Source: a virus
Lineage: Duplodnaviria; Caudoviricetes
DNA length: 64,000 nt
IMG/VR virus record: IMGVR_UViG_3300023053_000001
Location: 160,001 to 224,000 of that record
Direction: 5' to 3' (one strand)
The notes below the pieces were generated by a model. It did no database searches and was not told where the DNA came from. It worked only from the letters and a program-made list of their open reading frames with translations. Both the position numbers and the translations under genes were made by a program. Positions within the stretch are counted from its first letter, which is position 1. Each line of letters opens with the position of its first letter. Positions 17,899-28,598 of the stretch are shown piece by piece.

Positions 17899-19533
17899 AT
17901 GAAGTCCTCGATGGTTCCATTCAATGTGACGATCATGGATACGTCGCCCGAACGACTGCGTCTGATGCGTCCGGTCACTGCGCTGGATTACTTCGAGAAC
18001 GTCAGCGGCGAATTCCACGATGATGGCCTGTTCTCGGTCAGCATCTTCGGTCGTGTGGGTGATGAAGCCCGCGATCGACGCTTCTCGTTCATCGACATCC
18101 GTGTCGACATCTTCCATCCGGTGATCTACGATCGACTGGTCAGTCTGCGCTCGATGTATCGCGATCTGATGGCCGGTAAGGTCTACGCCGTGTGGAATGC
18201 GGAGCTGGGTGATTTTGAGACCTCCAATGAAATGGACGGTCAAACCGGTTATGCCTTCTTTGCCAAGCACTGGCGCGACATCAAGTTCGTGCGCAACCGC
18301 TCGGACATCCGCGAACAGCGTATCGCCCTGATCGAGAAGTTCCGCGATCGTGCAATGACCAGCAAGATCCTGGTCATGCCTGCCGGTCTGCGCGACATCG
18401 AAGTGGATCAGTCAGGCAACATGAAGGAAGGTGACATCAACGCGCTGTACCGTCGCATTCTGTCCATCGCCAACACGGTGGCTGCCACGGACAACCGTAA
18501 CGTCTCCTCGGCCGTGGATAACGCCCGCCACATGCTGCAGATGGCCTTCAACGAGCTGTACGAGTCGGTAGAGAAAATGCTCACCGGCAAGAAGGGCTTC
18601 TTGCAGGACAAGTGGGCCAGTCGCCGCGTGTTCGACGGTACCCGAAACGTCATCACTGCCATGGATCACTCTGTGGCTGAGCTGGGCTCGATCAATGCCC
18701 CGCGCTTTACCGACGCCATCGCCGGGTTGCGTCAGCTCTCCCGTGCGGTACTGCCTGTAACAAACTACCTGTTGCTCAACGGTTATATGAAGGACGTGTT
18801 CAATCAGGGTAACGGCGCTGCCCGCCTGATCGATCCGGTCACCTTGCGTCCGGAGACCGTGCAGGTCTCTGCGCAGTCCTTTGACCGCTGGAACAGTGAG
18901 GAAGGGTTGCAGAAGGTCGTAGCGTCTTACGGCGAGATCAGTCTGCGCGACAAGCCGGTGATGATCGAAGGCCGTTACGCGGCACTGCTTTATGTCGGCC
19001 CGGATAAAACCTTCCGGGTGTTTGACGACATCGAACAGCTTCCGGAAGATCGTTCGCGTGAACACGTGCGTCCGATCAACCTGATGGAACTGATCTACCT
19101 GTCCGGCTACCGTCGCTGGAACACCTTCTGCGGCTACATCACCCGTTACCCGGTCACCGGTCTGGGCAGCTGCTACGCCACCACCCTGTACGTGAAGACC
19201 ACCGTCGTCGGTGAGGTCCGTCAGGAGTTGGGTCCGGACTGGCAGCCGCTGGGTGAGTCCTACATCGCCCCGGAGTTCCCCACCTACTCGCCGCTGGCCT
19301 ACATGGACTCGCTGTCCATCCCGGCCCCGCGTCTGGCTGGCCTGGGCGCTGACTTCGATGGTGACACCGCCTCGCTGAATGTGCTGTACACCGATGAAGG
19401 TGAAGCCGAAGTGCGTGCGCACCTGGGTAGTCGCGCCGCCTACATGGACCCGATCGACGGCGCTCGCGCCTCCATCGATACTGACACCGTCAATCTCGTT
19501 CTCAAAGCAATGTCTGGAGCACCCCGTGAATGA
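17899..19533 (+). CDS. Virion RNA polymerase beta' subunit, catalytic fragment (phiKZ gp180-like)
   Basis: Catalytic GADFDGD at 19345-19365, DDGLFSVSIFG and RRVFDGTRNVIT motifs, AGGAG SD. Confidence 0.92.
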   Translation: MKSSMVPFNVTIMDTSPERLRLMRPVTALDYFENVSGEFHDDGLFSVSIFGRVGDEARDRRFSFIDIRVDIFHPVIYDRLVSLRSMYRDLMAGKVYAVWNAELGDFETSNEMDGQTGYAFFAKHWRDIKFVRNRSDIREQRIALIEKFRDRAMTSKILVMPAGLRDIEVDQSGNMKEGDINALYRRILSIANTVAATDNRNVSSAVDNARHMLQMAFNELYESVEKMLTGKKGFLQDKWASRRVFDGTRNVITAMDHSVAELGSINAPRFTDAIAGLRQLSRAVLPVTNYLLLNGYMKDVFNQGNGAARLIDPVTLRPETVQVSAQSFDRWNSEEGLQKVVASYGEISLRDKPVMIEGRYAALLYVGPDKTFRVFDDIEQLPEDRSREHVRPINLMELIYLSGYRRWNTFCGYITRYPVTGLGSCYATTLYVKTTVVGEVRQELGPDWQPLGESYIAPEFPTYSPLAYMDSLSIPAPRLAGLGADFDGDTASLNVLYTDEGEAEVRAHLGSRAAYMDPIDGARASIDTDTVNLVLKAMSGAPRE

Positions 19534-20749
19534 ATCCCTGGAACCGAGCAATCGTTTCGATGACATCATCGACGAATTGCAGGCAACCCGTGACGGACGT
19601 CGGCTGAGTAGTTTCGAAGCGCTGGCTGTCGGCCAGCGATTGGAGGCCATGCTCGCCAGTGATCCGCAACTGTCTGTCGAGTACAACCCCGGTACGATTG
19701 AACCGGACCAGGGCCGCTATGGACGCGCTGCAGCCAACGCCGTGCAGTTCACCCACACCGTGGCGCGCATTACCCTGCCGCTGATCCAGAAGGCCGCTGT
19801 GGCCTCGGGCAAGGCGTTCCTGACCGGTGTGACGGAAATGCGTCGCTCCCTCGATCGTGGCGGTACGTTCGATCTGCATCAGACCGAGCAGATGCTGTCC
19901 AAGACGCAGGGTGAAGGTTCGGGCACGTTCACCGACAAGTCGCTGGCCCATCAGCTGGAGATCGATGGGGAGATCCCCGACGATTACGTGGCTGTGCTCC
20001 AGCAGGCATTGCAGGTTTCTGAAGCCATCGTCAACAACGTGGTGGCTCAGTCCAACAATGCCATGAGCAAGGTGCATGCGGCCATCACCGTGAGCGATTC
20101 GAACATGGACTTCAAGGCCTTGGGCGATACGCTGGCCAAGGTCGCCAAAATCCTGACCGATGAACCGCGCCTGTCGGCCATCTTGGACACCAAGGCGACC
20201 AAGTTCACCTGGCCCGGTGGTCTGGCCATGGCGCAGCCGCGACCGGCCAAGAAGATGCACCTGAAGTTCTCCACGACCAACGCCAATGCCGGTGAGTTGC
20301 TGGACCGTCTGCAAAAGGACAGTCTGGACATCACCGTCAAGCCGCGTCCGCGCAAGGACGTCAATCTGGTGGGCATGAACGTGCTGCCGCGCCATAGCGC
20401 TGAAGCCGTACTCGATGCCACGGTGCATCTGATCAACTTCAACTCCAAGCTGTTGGACATCGCCAGTGGCAAGGACATCTCCAAGTTCGATCCCAAGTTG
20501 AGCGTGTCGTCCTACGATGCCATCCTCGGTCACCTGATCGATGTGGCCATCGAGAACGAGCGCAAGACCAGTCCCAAGGTGAAGATGCCTGAAGATCTGG
20601 AAGCGCTGGATCTGATCGTGATCGCCTACCTGAAGCATTTCCAGTACCTCAATGGCCGTAAGGTGATTGCGGGGCTGTTCAACCGCAATCTGGCTGCCAT
20701 CCGGGCCGGTCTGTCTTACGTGCGCGCCTCGGCAAAGCACTACAAATAA
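19526..20749 (+). CDS. Putative virion head protein between the vRNAP genes
   Basis: 407 aa from the GTG at 19526 with a GGAG SD. It overlaps the beta' stop. Confidence 0.65.
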   Translation: MNESLEPSNRFDDIIDELQATRDGRRLSSFEALAVGQRLEAMLASDPQLSVEYNPGTIEPDQGRYGRAAANAVQFTHTVARITLPLIQKAAVASGKAFLTGVTEMRRSLDRGGTFDLHQTEQMLSKTQGEGSGTFTDKSLAHQLEIDGEIPDDYVAVLQQALQVSEAIVNNVVAQSNNAMSKVHAAITVSDSNMDFKALGDTLAKVAKILTDEPRLSAILDTKATKFTWPGGLAMAQPRPAKKMHLKFSTTNANAGELLDRLQKDSLDITVKPRPRKDVNLVGMNVLPRHSAEAVLDATVHLINFNSKLLDIASGKDISKFDPKLSVSSYDAILGHLIDVAIENERKTSPKVKMPEDLEALDLIVIAYLKHFQYLNGRKVIAGLFNRNLAAIRAGLSYVRASAKHYK

Positions 20750-20760
20750 GAGGTGAAAGC

Positions 20761-23700
20761 ATGCAACCTGTTTCCAACTCCACGTTGCTGATGGAGTCGA
20801 TGGAGGCGTGCGGCGTGTACTTCTCGGACAATCCCCTCTCCATGGAGGGGACGATCCTGTACCCGCAGTATTACCGCCACAACGGCTTGCGTCGTGCAGT
20901 GCAGATGGTGGCACCGACGTTGCGTCCGGTGGATCGACTGGAGCTGCCGCGCGATGCGGTGCTGCACGCCATGGCCGAAGACGAATCCCAATACGGCATC
21001 TCGCAGGACGATCCGATTCTGGCCGGGGAAACCCGCATGATGTCGGTGGAACACATCGTCAAGCTGGCCGGTGACAAGGGCCCGCCGCGTCCCACCGCAC
21101 GTCCGGTGTCGAACATGACCCGTGACTATCGCCAACGCAACCGCCGTATCCGTCAGCTGCCCAACATCGATGCAGCCCTGCGCGATCCGGCCAGCCTGCT
21201 GATCGAGAACTACGGCCTGCTGCCGCATCTGTATCGCTACACGCAGACCTTCTTTGCCAGCTACAACAAGTGGTGGAACATCCAGGCCACTGTCTGGCAT
21301 ACCGCCGCTGCCGTGGCTGAGAAGTCCAACCGTCACCAGTTCATGGTCTGCCATCTGCCCACGCGTCTGCCGACGCTGACGCAGTTGAACAAGGCAGAGA
21401 CCGTCCTGTCCCGTGCTGCACTGGCCGCCTTCAGCGAACCCAGCGCGCTGTTCATTCTGGAAATGTGGAAGTGGTTCGGTGCGCACCGTGAAGGTTCGCT
21501 CATCGGTCAGCTCTCGCAGGAACAGCTGAACAAGATCAATCTGGTCTGGATCGAATCGGGCCAGTGGTTCGTCATGAACCTGGGCATGGTCAACCAGTGG
21601 CGTAAGGGCGATGATGCACCTGATGCCTCGGTCAACCCGCAGCAGATGCAGCGTCGTTTCCTGCGCCTGTTGATGTTCCTGCAAGAAGCACGCACGACCT
21701 CCACCGATGTGGAGATGACTGCGCCGAGCGAAGGTACCGTGGTGGCTCCGGCTCCCACGCCCACCGGTAATCCGGATAAGCCGCTGGCTAATACCCAGAC
21801 CGTGCAGTCCGAACCGGTCAAGATCAAGATCGAGAAGACCGAGAATTCGGCTGCTCGCACGATCACGCTCAAGCCGGGTATGAACATCGACGTGTTGCCC
21901 GATCACCCGATCGAAGAAACCCAAGCCAACATCCAAGCCATCGATGATGCGATCACCCGTGATCTGGAAGCGATGGAACGGTTGATGGCTGAGATGGATG
22001 AACGCACTGCCGTCACTGACGATTCGGTCCATGAGATCGAAGAACGTGAGGTGCCGGTGGCTTCGGAAGTGGAAGAGCAGATCGTCTATCGCCCGGAAGA
22101 GCGCACGCTCGAACAGGCGGTGATGGACAAGGTCGATGCACTGGCCAACAAGGGACAGGTCTCTGCGCCGGAATACCGTCGCTTCCTGGCTCTGTCCAGC
22201 GCGTACAAGAAGCTGCCCGATCCCTACGGTAAGCAGGAGACGATGGAGAAGGGTGCGCAGGTCCACTACAAGGACGCGCTCATCCAAGACACCATCACCG
22301 TGCCGGACCAGAAGACCGTGTTCGACAAGTCCATGCTCAAGTCCTCGCTGCTGGATTTCGATCCGCGTTACGTGCGTGACTTCCTGCCCAAGGACATCGT
22401 GCGCATGGGCCTGAACGTCCAGAACGCCGGCGTCTGCATTACCGGCTGGAGCGTGGAAGACGTCGAAGATGCGATGGGTCACTACGAGGTGCACTCCATT
22501 CAGGTCACCCCGGTGCGTGGCAAGCCCTCCACCTGGAACCTGCGCATCCCCAAGGTGCGTGAGGACGGTACCTTCAAGTCCAACGGCGTGCGCTACCTGA
22601 TGCGCAAGCAGCGTACCGATAAGCCGATCCGCAAGATCTCGCCCTCGGAAGTGTCGTTGACCAGCTACTACTCCAAGACCAATGTGAAGCGGTCGGAGAA
22701 GAAGGTGCACAACTACACCCAGTGGCTGACCGACCAGATCGCTGCGCGCGGCATGGACGAAAACGATCAGAGCGTGACCAACATCGTGCTGGGTGATGTG
22801 TTCAACACCTACGATGAGCCGCCGCGAATCTACTCCGTACTGGCCCAGCGTTTCCGTTCGTTCCGTCTCAATGACATCGACTTCATGTTCGACTATCGTG
22901 CTCGTGCTGAGCACTTTGGTGCTGAACGTGTGGCTGATGCCGAGAAGGGCGGGATGACGGTCATGGGTGTGCGTGAGAAGAACCTGATCGTAGTGGATCG
23001 CTCCGATACGCTCTACGAAGTCAGCGGTGATCTGATCACCGAGCTGGGCCGCTTTGAAGGACTGGCTGGACTGCGTGGTAAGCAGCCGATGGAAATGACC
23101 GAAGTCAAGATCAGTAACAAGGATCTGCCCGTCGGTATCGTGTTGGCCTACCTGATCGGTCTGGAACCGCTGATGGCCCTGCTGAAGCTGACCCCGCGCC
23201 GTATTCCGGCCGGTGAACGCCTGAGCCTGAGCGATGATGACTTCGCACTGCGCTTTGAAGATGTGGCGCTGGTGTTCCCGCGTGACAACAAGCTGGCCTC
23301 GATGGTGCTCTCTGGGTTCATGCCCTTTGAGAACTCGCTGCGTAACTACCCAGCTCACCTGTTTGACAAGAAGGACATCTACCTGCCGATCTTGGAGGCC
23401 AATCACATTGGCCTGCGCTACTTGCGCGAAATGGATCTGATGAACGAACTGTTCGTCGACCCCATTACCAAGATGCTGCTGGAGCAGATGGGTGAACCCA
23501 CCACGCTGGTGGGTCTGCTGGTGCGCTCGTGTGAACTGCTGTTGACCGACTGGGCTCCGGCTGAGACGGACATGAACTACATGCGTAGCCGCGGCTACGA
23601 ACGTGTGGCCGGTGTCATCTACGCTGAAATGGTGCGCTCCATTCGCCAGCACCGTGCCAAGGGTCAGCAGGGTAACTCCAAGTTGGAAATGCCGCCGTAT

Positions 23701-25170
23701 GCGGTGTGGCAGGCGATCCAGCAAGACGGTGCCGTCAAGCTGGTGGAAGAGTCCAATCCGATCCACAACCTGAAAGAGAAGGAAGAAATCACCTTCTCCG
23801 GTACCGGTGGTCGTTCGGGTCGTTCGATGGTTGCACGTACCCGACAGTTCCACAAGTCGGATCTGGGTGTGATCTCCGAGGCGACCAAGGACTCCAGTGA
23901 CGTGGCAATCACCACGTTCATGACGGCCAACCCGAACCTGGTGGATCTGTACGGCAACACCCGTCCGTATGATCCCAAGACCGACGGTCCGGCCAGCCTG
24001 ATGTCCACCACCTCGCTGTTCTCGCCCTGCATCGATCGTGACGATGGCAAGCGTGTGAACTTCGCCTCGATTCAGCATTCGTCGGGTACCTTCGCCAAGG
24101 GCTACGGCCCGATGCCGCTGCGTACCGGTTACGACCAGATCATCGCTCATCGTACCGATGACCTGTTTGCCACTACGGCCAAGCAGGACGGTAAGGTGGT
24201 GGCGATCAACAAGAATGCCATCGTGGTGGAAAACGCCGATGGGTCGCGCAAGGCGGTCCAGTTGGGTCGTCGCTTCGGCACGGCTGCTGGCTCGACCTTC
24301 CCGCATGAACTGACCACCACCCTCAAGGTCGGTGACAAGGTTCGTGCAGGCGATGCCATTGCCTACAACTCGCGCTACTTCGCTCCGGACCCGCTCAACC
24401 CGCGTCAGGTACTGATGCACGGTGGTGTGATGGTTCGCGTGGCGATCATGGACACGGCTGACACGCTGGAAGACTCCTCGGTGATCTCGCAGGAAACTGC
24501 AGACCTGCTGGAGACGGAAATCACCAAGCCGCGCGACATCGTGGTCAAGTTCTCCGATGCTGTCCACCACGTGGTCGGAGTCGGTGATGAGGTCGATGCC
24601 GAGAGCATCCTATGTACCATCGAGGACGCCGTTTCGGCGGATAGTAACCTCTTTGGCGATGACTCCATCGACGTGCTGCGCCAGATCGCTGCCAACAACC
24701 CCAAGGCTAAGTTCAAGGGGAAGGTGGAAGGGGTCGAGGTGTTCTACCATGGCGACATCGAAGATCTGTCTCCGAGCCTGCAGGAATTGGCTATCGAGTC
24801 TGATCGTGATCGACGTCGTCTGGCACGCGACCTCAGTGAGAAGTACACCAGCGGTAGCGCCAATGAAGGCATGCGCGTTGACGGTAATCCGTTGGCGTAT
24901 CAGCATGCAGTCATTCGCGTCTACATCACCGGAAAGGTTCCGGCCGGTGTGGGCGACAAGGGCGTGTACTGCAATCAGCTGAAGACGATCTTCGGCCGAG
25001 TGATGACCGGTGTGAACACCTCCGAAGATGGCCAGCCCATCGGCGGACTGTTCGGCTACCAGTCGATCTCGGCTCGTATTGTCAACAGCGCTGAGCTGAT
25101 GCTGACGACCAACGCGTTCTTGTATCACGCTTCGCAGCTGGTGGCTGACGCGTACTTCGGTGACAAGTGA
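20761..25170 (+). CDS. Virion RNA polymerase beta subunit, large N-terminal part (phiKZ gp178-like)
   Basis: 1469 aa with RNAP beta motifs: RKISPSEVSLTSYY, GTGGRSGRS, DSSDVAI, DDGKRVNFASIQH, EDSSVIS and GDKGVYCNQLKT. Confidence 0.93.
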   Translation: MQPVSNSTLLMESMEACGVYFSDNPLSMEGTILYPQYYRHNGLRRAVQMVAPTLRPVDRLELPRDAVLHAMAEDESQYGISQDDPILAGETRMMSVEHIVKLAGDKGPPRPTARPVSNMTRDYRQRNRRIRQLPNIDAALRDPASLLIENYGLLPHLYRYTQTFFASYNKWWNIQATVWHTAAAVAEKSNRHQFMVCHLPTRLPTLTQLNKAETVLSRAALAAFSEPSALFILEMWKWFGAHREGSLIGQLSQEQLNKINLVWIESGQWFVMNLGMVNQWRKGDDAPDASVNPQQMQRRFLRLLMFLQEARTTSTDVEMTAPSEGTVVAPAPTPTGNPDKPLANTQTVQSEPVKIKIEKTENSAARTITLKPGMNIDVLPDHPIEETQANIQAIDDAITRDLEAMERLMAEMDERTAVTDDSVHEIEEREVPVASEVEEQIVYRPEERTLEQAVMDKVDALANKGQVSAPEYRRFLALSSAYKKLPDPYGKQETMEKGAQVHYKDALIQDTITVPDQKTVFDKSMLKSSLLDFDPRYVRDFLPKDIVRMGLNVQNAGVCITGWSVEDVEDAMGHYEVHSIQVTPVRGKPSTWNLRIPKVREDGTFKSNGVRYLMRKQRTDKPIRKISPSEVSLTSYYSKTNVKRSEKKVHNYTQWLTDQIAARGMDENDQSVTNIVLGDVFNTYDEPPRIYSVLAQRFRSFRLNDIDFMFDYRARAEHFGAERVADAEKGGMTVMGVREKNLIVVDRSDTLYEVSGDLITELGRFEGLAGLRGKQPMEMTEVKISNKDLPVGIVLAYLIGLEPLMALLKLTPRRIPAGERLSLSDDDFALRFEDVALVFPRDNKLASMVLSGFMPFENSLRNYPAHLFDKKDIYLPILEANHIGLRYLREMDLMNELFVDPITKMLLEQMGEPTTLVGLLVRSCELLLTDWAPAETDMNYMRSRGYERVAGVIYAEMVRSIRQHRAKGQQGNSKLEMPPYAVWQAIQQDGAVKLVEESNPIHNLKEKEEITFSGTGGRSGRSMVARTRQFHKSDLGVISEATKDSSDVAITTFMTANPNLVDLYGNTRPYDPKTDGPASLMSTTSLFSPCIDRDDGKRVNFASIQHSSGTFAKGYGPMPLRTGYDQIIAHRTDDLFATTAKQDGKVVAINKNAIVVENADGSRKAVQLGRRFGTAAGSTFPHELTTTLKVGDKVRAGDAIAYNSRYFAPDPLNPRQVLMHGGVMVRVAIMDTADTLEDSSVISQETADLLETEITKPRDIVVKFSDAVHHVVGVGDEVDAESILCTIEDAVSADSNLFGDDSIDVLRQIAANNPKAKFKGKVEGVEVFYHGDIEDLSPSLQELAIESDRDRRRLARDLSEKYTSGSANEGMRVDGNPLAYQHAVIRVYITGKVPAGVGDKGVYCNQLKTIFGRVMTGVNTSEDGQPIGGLFGYQSISARIVNSAELMLTTNAFLYHASQLVADAYFGDK

Positions 25171-25180
25171 ACCTAGGTGC

Positions 25181-25215
25181 GGGGGCGCATTCGTGCGCCC
25201 CCAATCCTTTTATGC
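25181..25215 (+). terminator. Intrinsic terminator with a TATGC tail
   Basis: GGGGGCGCA-TTCG-TGCGCCCCC, then CCTTTTATGCG. Confidence 0.8.
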
Positions 25216-25334
25216 GGAGGCATCTGAATAGACAGCGCCTCACGTTGTGCATTGAGATGCTTCGAAATGTGCAAAAAAATATGAGTGACGGGCGCTTGCT
25301 CGTTAACCATTCCTCCAGCCCAAGGGAAACCCCA

Positions 25335-25544
25335 ATGAGCCTTCAGCAAAACACTCCGGCCAACAAGGAAGCCTCGCAGGCCAACTTGGTCGCCCTGGCC
25401 AATCTGGTGGAAATGACCCGCCAGACCATCCAAGCCGTTTCCGGCGACACCATGCCGGCACTGCCGGCCGGCGCCGACACCAACTCGCAGGTCTGCGATC
25501 TGATCGCTGCCACTGCGTCCAAGCACTTCGTGACCGGAGCCTGA
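25335..25544 (+). CDS. Small hypothetical protein (69 aa)
   Basis: ATG at 25335 after AAGGGA, with strong C-ending codon bias like its neighbour. Confidence 0.65.
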   Translation: MSLQQNTPANKEASQANLVALANLVEMTRQTIQAVSGDTMPALPAGADTNSQVCDLIAATASKHFVTGA

Positions 25545-25548
25545 AGCC

Positions 25549-26976
25549 ATGTTGACCCAAACCTCCATCAACGCGGCTGCGCCGCTGGCTGCGCTGCTGG
25601 CCGATAAGGGCATTGCCCTCATTCCCAAGGCCGGTACCCCGCTGGCTGCGCTGGTGATGTCCAGCCGTTACATGCTCGATGTGGGCGTGGCAATGGAAAG
25701 CCTGCCGGACCCGGCCGGTCAGACCATGACCGAATACGCCGCCGCCCTGCAGGCCTCTTCGGCCGAACCCCACGCCGACGGCGCGCAGGAACACGACATC
25801 CTGATGGAAACGGTCGTGAACAACCTGCGTACGGCGGTGAGCTTCACCCAGAATCTGGCACGCAACACCATCACCCCGATGGTGGACACCGTGGTCAAGG
25901 ATCTGGAAGGCTCGCTGGACAGCGCTGCGGCCACCGGCCTGCACCCGCTGAACATCGTCAGCCGCGACTACAGCAACTTCGCCCATCCGGCCATCGTGCA
26001 GGATCTGGCAGGCCAGTACGGTGAGATCCTCGCCGACCAGCTGCCGCTGACCCTGCGCATCCCGATGCCGGCCAACATCGCCGACTACCTGCTCACCGGT
26101 CAAGACGGTATCGACGGTGCCGTGGCTTCCTACGTGGAGTCCATCGGCGCTGAAGGCGTCAAGAGCCTGTGGGATCGCCTGTTCGGCGGTGAAGCCTCGA
26201 TCCTGACCCAGGTGGCCAACGAGCACAAGCCGGAAACCTACGGCGATGCCGCGCTGGCAATGATCATCGTGCGCAACCTGCAGCAGAACGCACCGGCTGG
26301 TCTGAACATGCCGCTGGAAGACCTCAACAGCTACCTGCTCACCATGCAGCAGCAGCTGGGTCGCATCCTGTTCAACATCCCCAAGCAGATCGACGCCGAT
26401 GTGGCCTCTGGCCGTCTGGTCATCCGCGCCCCGCGTGGTGTGGACGGTCGCGGTGACGTCATCGTCAACGGTCCGCTGTACCAGCAGTACCTGAGCAAGG
26501 GCGGCACGCCCGAAGCCATCTTCGGCGCGCTCAGCGACGGCAATGCGCCGGGTCTGGCTGAACTGCTGGAAAAGCAGGACACCTACACCCGTAGCTGGGG
26601 CCGTGCCAAGGAACAGCTGGTCAACCAGGAAGTGGAAGGTCGCTTCGGTACCATGAAGGGTGCCATCTCCCGCGCCGTGGGCCGCCTGATCGCCGAACTG
26701 CCCGAAGACCAGCTGGTCACCTCGCGCGAAGTGCTGCATCAGCGCCTGACCGAACAGCTCGAGGCCCTGCGTGGTCCGGACATGGAAGATCGCTACGGCA
26801 TGGTCCGTCGCGTGATCTGCCGTGCCGTGTTCCCGCACACCCAGGCTGAAGAACTGCTGTGCCTGATCGATGCCTCGGCCAAGGCCGATGGTGACGTCAG
26901 TGAAGCCGTGCTGACTGCGACCACCAACTACATCGTTGCCTGGGGCGCATCCCAGTTCGATCGCGTCTCGGTGTAA
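25549..26976 (+). CDS. Conserved virion head protein (gene upstream of the beta'-C/protease pair)
   Basis: 475 aa with extreme codon bias suggesting high expression, at a conserved position in the phiKZ-like head module. Confidence 0.7.
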   Translation: MLTQTSINAAAPLAALLADKGIALIPKAGTPLAALVMSSRYMLDVGVAMESLPDPAGQTMTEYAAALQASSAEPHADGAQEHDILMETVVNNLRTAVSFTQNLARNTITPMVDTVVKDLEGSLDSAAATGLHPLNIVSRDYSNFAHPAIVQDLAGQYGEILADQLPLTLRIPMPANIADYLLTGQDGIDGAVASYVESIGAEGVKSLWDRLFGGEASILTQVANEHKPETYGDAALAMIIVRNLQQNAPAGLNMPLEDLNSYLLTMQQQLGRILFNIPKQIDADVASGRLVIRAPRGVDGRGDVIVNGPLYQQYLSKGGTPEAIFGALSDGNAPGLAELLEKQDTYTRSWGRAKEQLVNQEVEGRFGTMKGAISRAVGRLIAELPEDQLVTSREVLHQRLTEQLEALRGPDMEDRYGMVRRVICRAVFPHTQAEELLCLIDASAKADGDVSEAVLTATTNYIVAWGASQFDRVSV

Positions 26977-26982
26977 TCGCCC

Positions 26983-27708
26983 ATGGACCCGAAGAAGCTG
27001 ATTCGCGATCCTGTGAAGGTGCGTGCAGCGACCAAGGTCATGCCTGACAAGAGCGTAATGGCTCTGCGACAAGTCAAGATCTATATCCCGAAGCGATACG
27101 AAGAGAAGCAGCTTGCATTCATCGGTAGTGAGACGTACATCCTGGGCATTTACGCCATGGTGGTGGACGACACTCACTACGCGGTGAGCAAGATCAATGC
27201 GATGATGCGCATCTGCCCCTCCACGGTCAACACGGTGAAGATCGATCAGGACTCGTACTTGGAGTTTGTCTTTGACCCCGGATCGGTGGTGATTGCCACC
27301 ACCGATCTGAAGGTCTCAGATACGCTGGTCTACTCGATCTTTGATGAGTTCCAATCCAAGGGCAATGTGCCTTGGTACATCAACTACGATGACCGCACCC
27401 GACTGTTTGAGTCGGCTGACAAGCACGCTGGCGTCAGGCTGGCGGACAAGCACGCCATCTTGGCCATGGCCACCGCGGCCACTGAACGTGTTCGCGATGA
27501 CCGTACCAAGTTCTTCCGTCAGGCTGTAATGACGGAAGAAGACAAGCTGAGTATCGCCTCGGTCAACATCGCACTGCGCAGTATCACCCACGGTACGACC
27601 AACACCACGTCCAAGTTGGTGGGTTCGTACTGGAAGGATGGTCTGAACGCAGCGCTGGTGAATCCCTCGACCGAGACCGAGAAGATGGAAGAACTGTTGC
27701 GTCGCTAA
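26983..27708 (+). CDS. Probable virion RNAP beta' C-terminal fragment
   Basis: 241 aa. The C-terminus LRSITHGTTNTTSKLVGSYWKDGLNAALVNPS..EKMEELLR resembles the final conserved beta' region. It lies immediately upstream of the protease, as recalled for SPN3US-type phages. Confidence 0.6.
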   Translation: MDPKKLIRDPVKVRAATKVMPDKSVMALRQVKIYIPKRYEEKQLAFIGSETYILGIYAMVVDDTHYAVSKINAMMRICPSTVNTVKIDQDSYLEFVFDPGSVVIATTDLKVSDTLVYSIFDEFQSKGNVPWYINYDDRTRLFESADKHAGVRLADKHAILAMATAATERVRDDRTKFFRQAVMTEEDKLSIASVNIALRSITHGTTNTTSKLVGSYWKDGLNAALVNPSTETEKMEELLRR

Positions 27709-27720
27709 AAGGCAAGGACA

Positions 27721-28521
27721 ATGAACGGCACTCGTATTGCTTCATATTCCAGCACGGCGCTGGCGGGTACCGGCAAGACCGGTATCCTCAAGCCCGATGC
27801 GAATAATTATTGGACCATGGTGGTTGGTGGTCTGAATGTTGAGAACAGCGTTGGTGACTTTTACCGTTACGAGCCGGCCAAACATCTGTTCGATGCGGAT
27901 TCTGCATTCCAGCGCCGAATCCGTGATGGTGCCCTGTACGGCGAATGCGGTCATCCCAAGATGCGTCCGGGTGAAAGCACCCGCGATTACATCGCCCGAT
28001 GCATGCAGGTGACCGAAGAGAACGTGGCTTGCCACTTCCGCCGGATCTACCTCGAACACGGTACGGTGCGTGATAAGCAGGGCCGTCCGGTCATTGCCAT
28101 CATGGCCGAACTGACCCCAGCCGGTCCGCACATGGCCGCGCTGCAGCGTGCACTGGAGAACCAGGATCAGAACGTGGCGTTCTCGATCCGTTCGTTCACC
28201 GAGAACACCGTCCAAGGCGGTCGCACGCTGAAGGATCTGAAAACCATCATCACCTTCGACTGGGTGCTCGAACCGGGCATCTCGGTAGCGAAGAAGTGGT
28301 TCGCGCCGGGTCTGGAGTCGTTCGGCTCCACCGACGTGGTACCGCCGATGCTGGAAGAGATCCGTCGCCAGCAGATGCAAATGCAGATGGCTGCAGGCTT
28401 TGAATCTGACACCCGCATGGTCGATGAAGTGACCTGTGCGCTGGGTTGGAAGATGAGCAGCGAAGGTCTGATGATCCCCGATCGTCAGCCGGTGGTTCGC
28501 CCGCCGTCGGCACGTTGGTAA
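27721..28521 (+). CDS. Prohead maturation protease (phiKZ gp175-like)
   Basis: His/Ser/Asp motifs GECGHP, AFSIRS and TFDWVLEPGI. Candidate self-cleavage sites GLE and GFE. Confidence 0.92.
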   Translation: MNGTRIASYSSTALAGTGKTGILKPDANNYWTMVVGGLNVENSVGDFYRYEPAKHLFDADSAFQRRIRDGALYGECGHPKMRPGESTRDYIARCMQVTEENVACHFRRIYLEHGTVRDKQGRPVIAIMAELTPAGPHMAALQRALENQDQNVAFSIRSFTENTVQGGRTLKDLKTIITFDWVLEPGISVAKKWFAPGLESFGSTDVVPPMLEEIRRQQMQMQMAAGFESDTRMVDEVTCALGWKMSSEGLMIPDRQPVVRPPSARW

Positions 28522-28561
28522 GGCATACCGCCCCTCCCTTCACGGGGAGGGGTTTTATGCC
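28522..28561 (+). terminator. GGCATA-hairpin-TATGCC element
   Basis: CCCCTCCC/GGGAGGGG stem followed by TTTTATGCC. Confidence 0.8.
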
Positions 28562-28598
28562 CATCGTATGTCTGTTCCATCCTACAACAAAGCCCATC

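Noticed and set aside
20740-24570. 1276-aa minus-strand ORF opposite RNAP beta
   Set aside because: Shadow ORF of a clearly identified gene.
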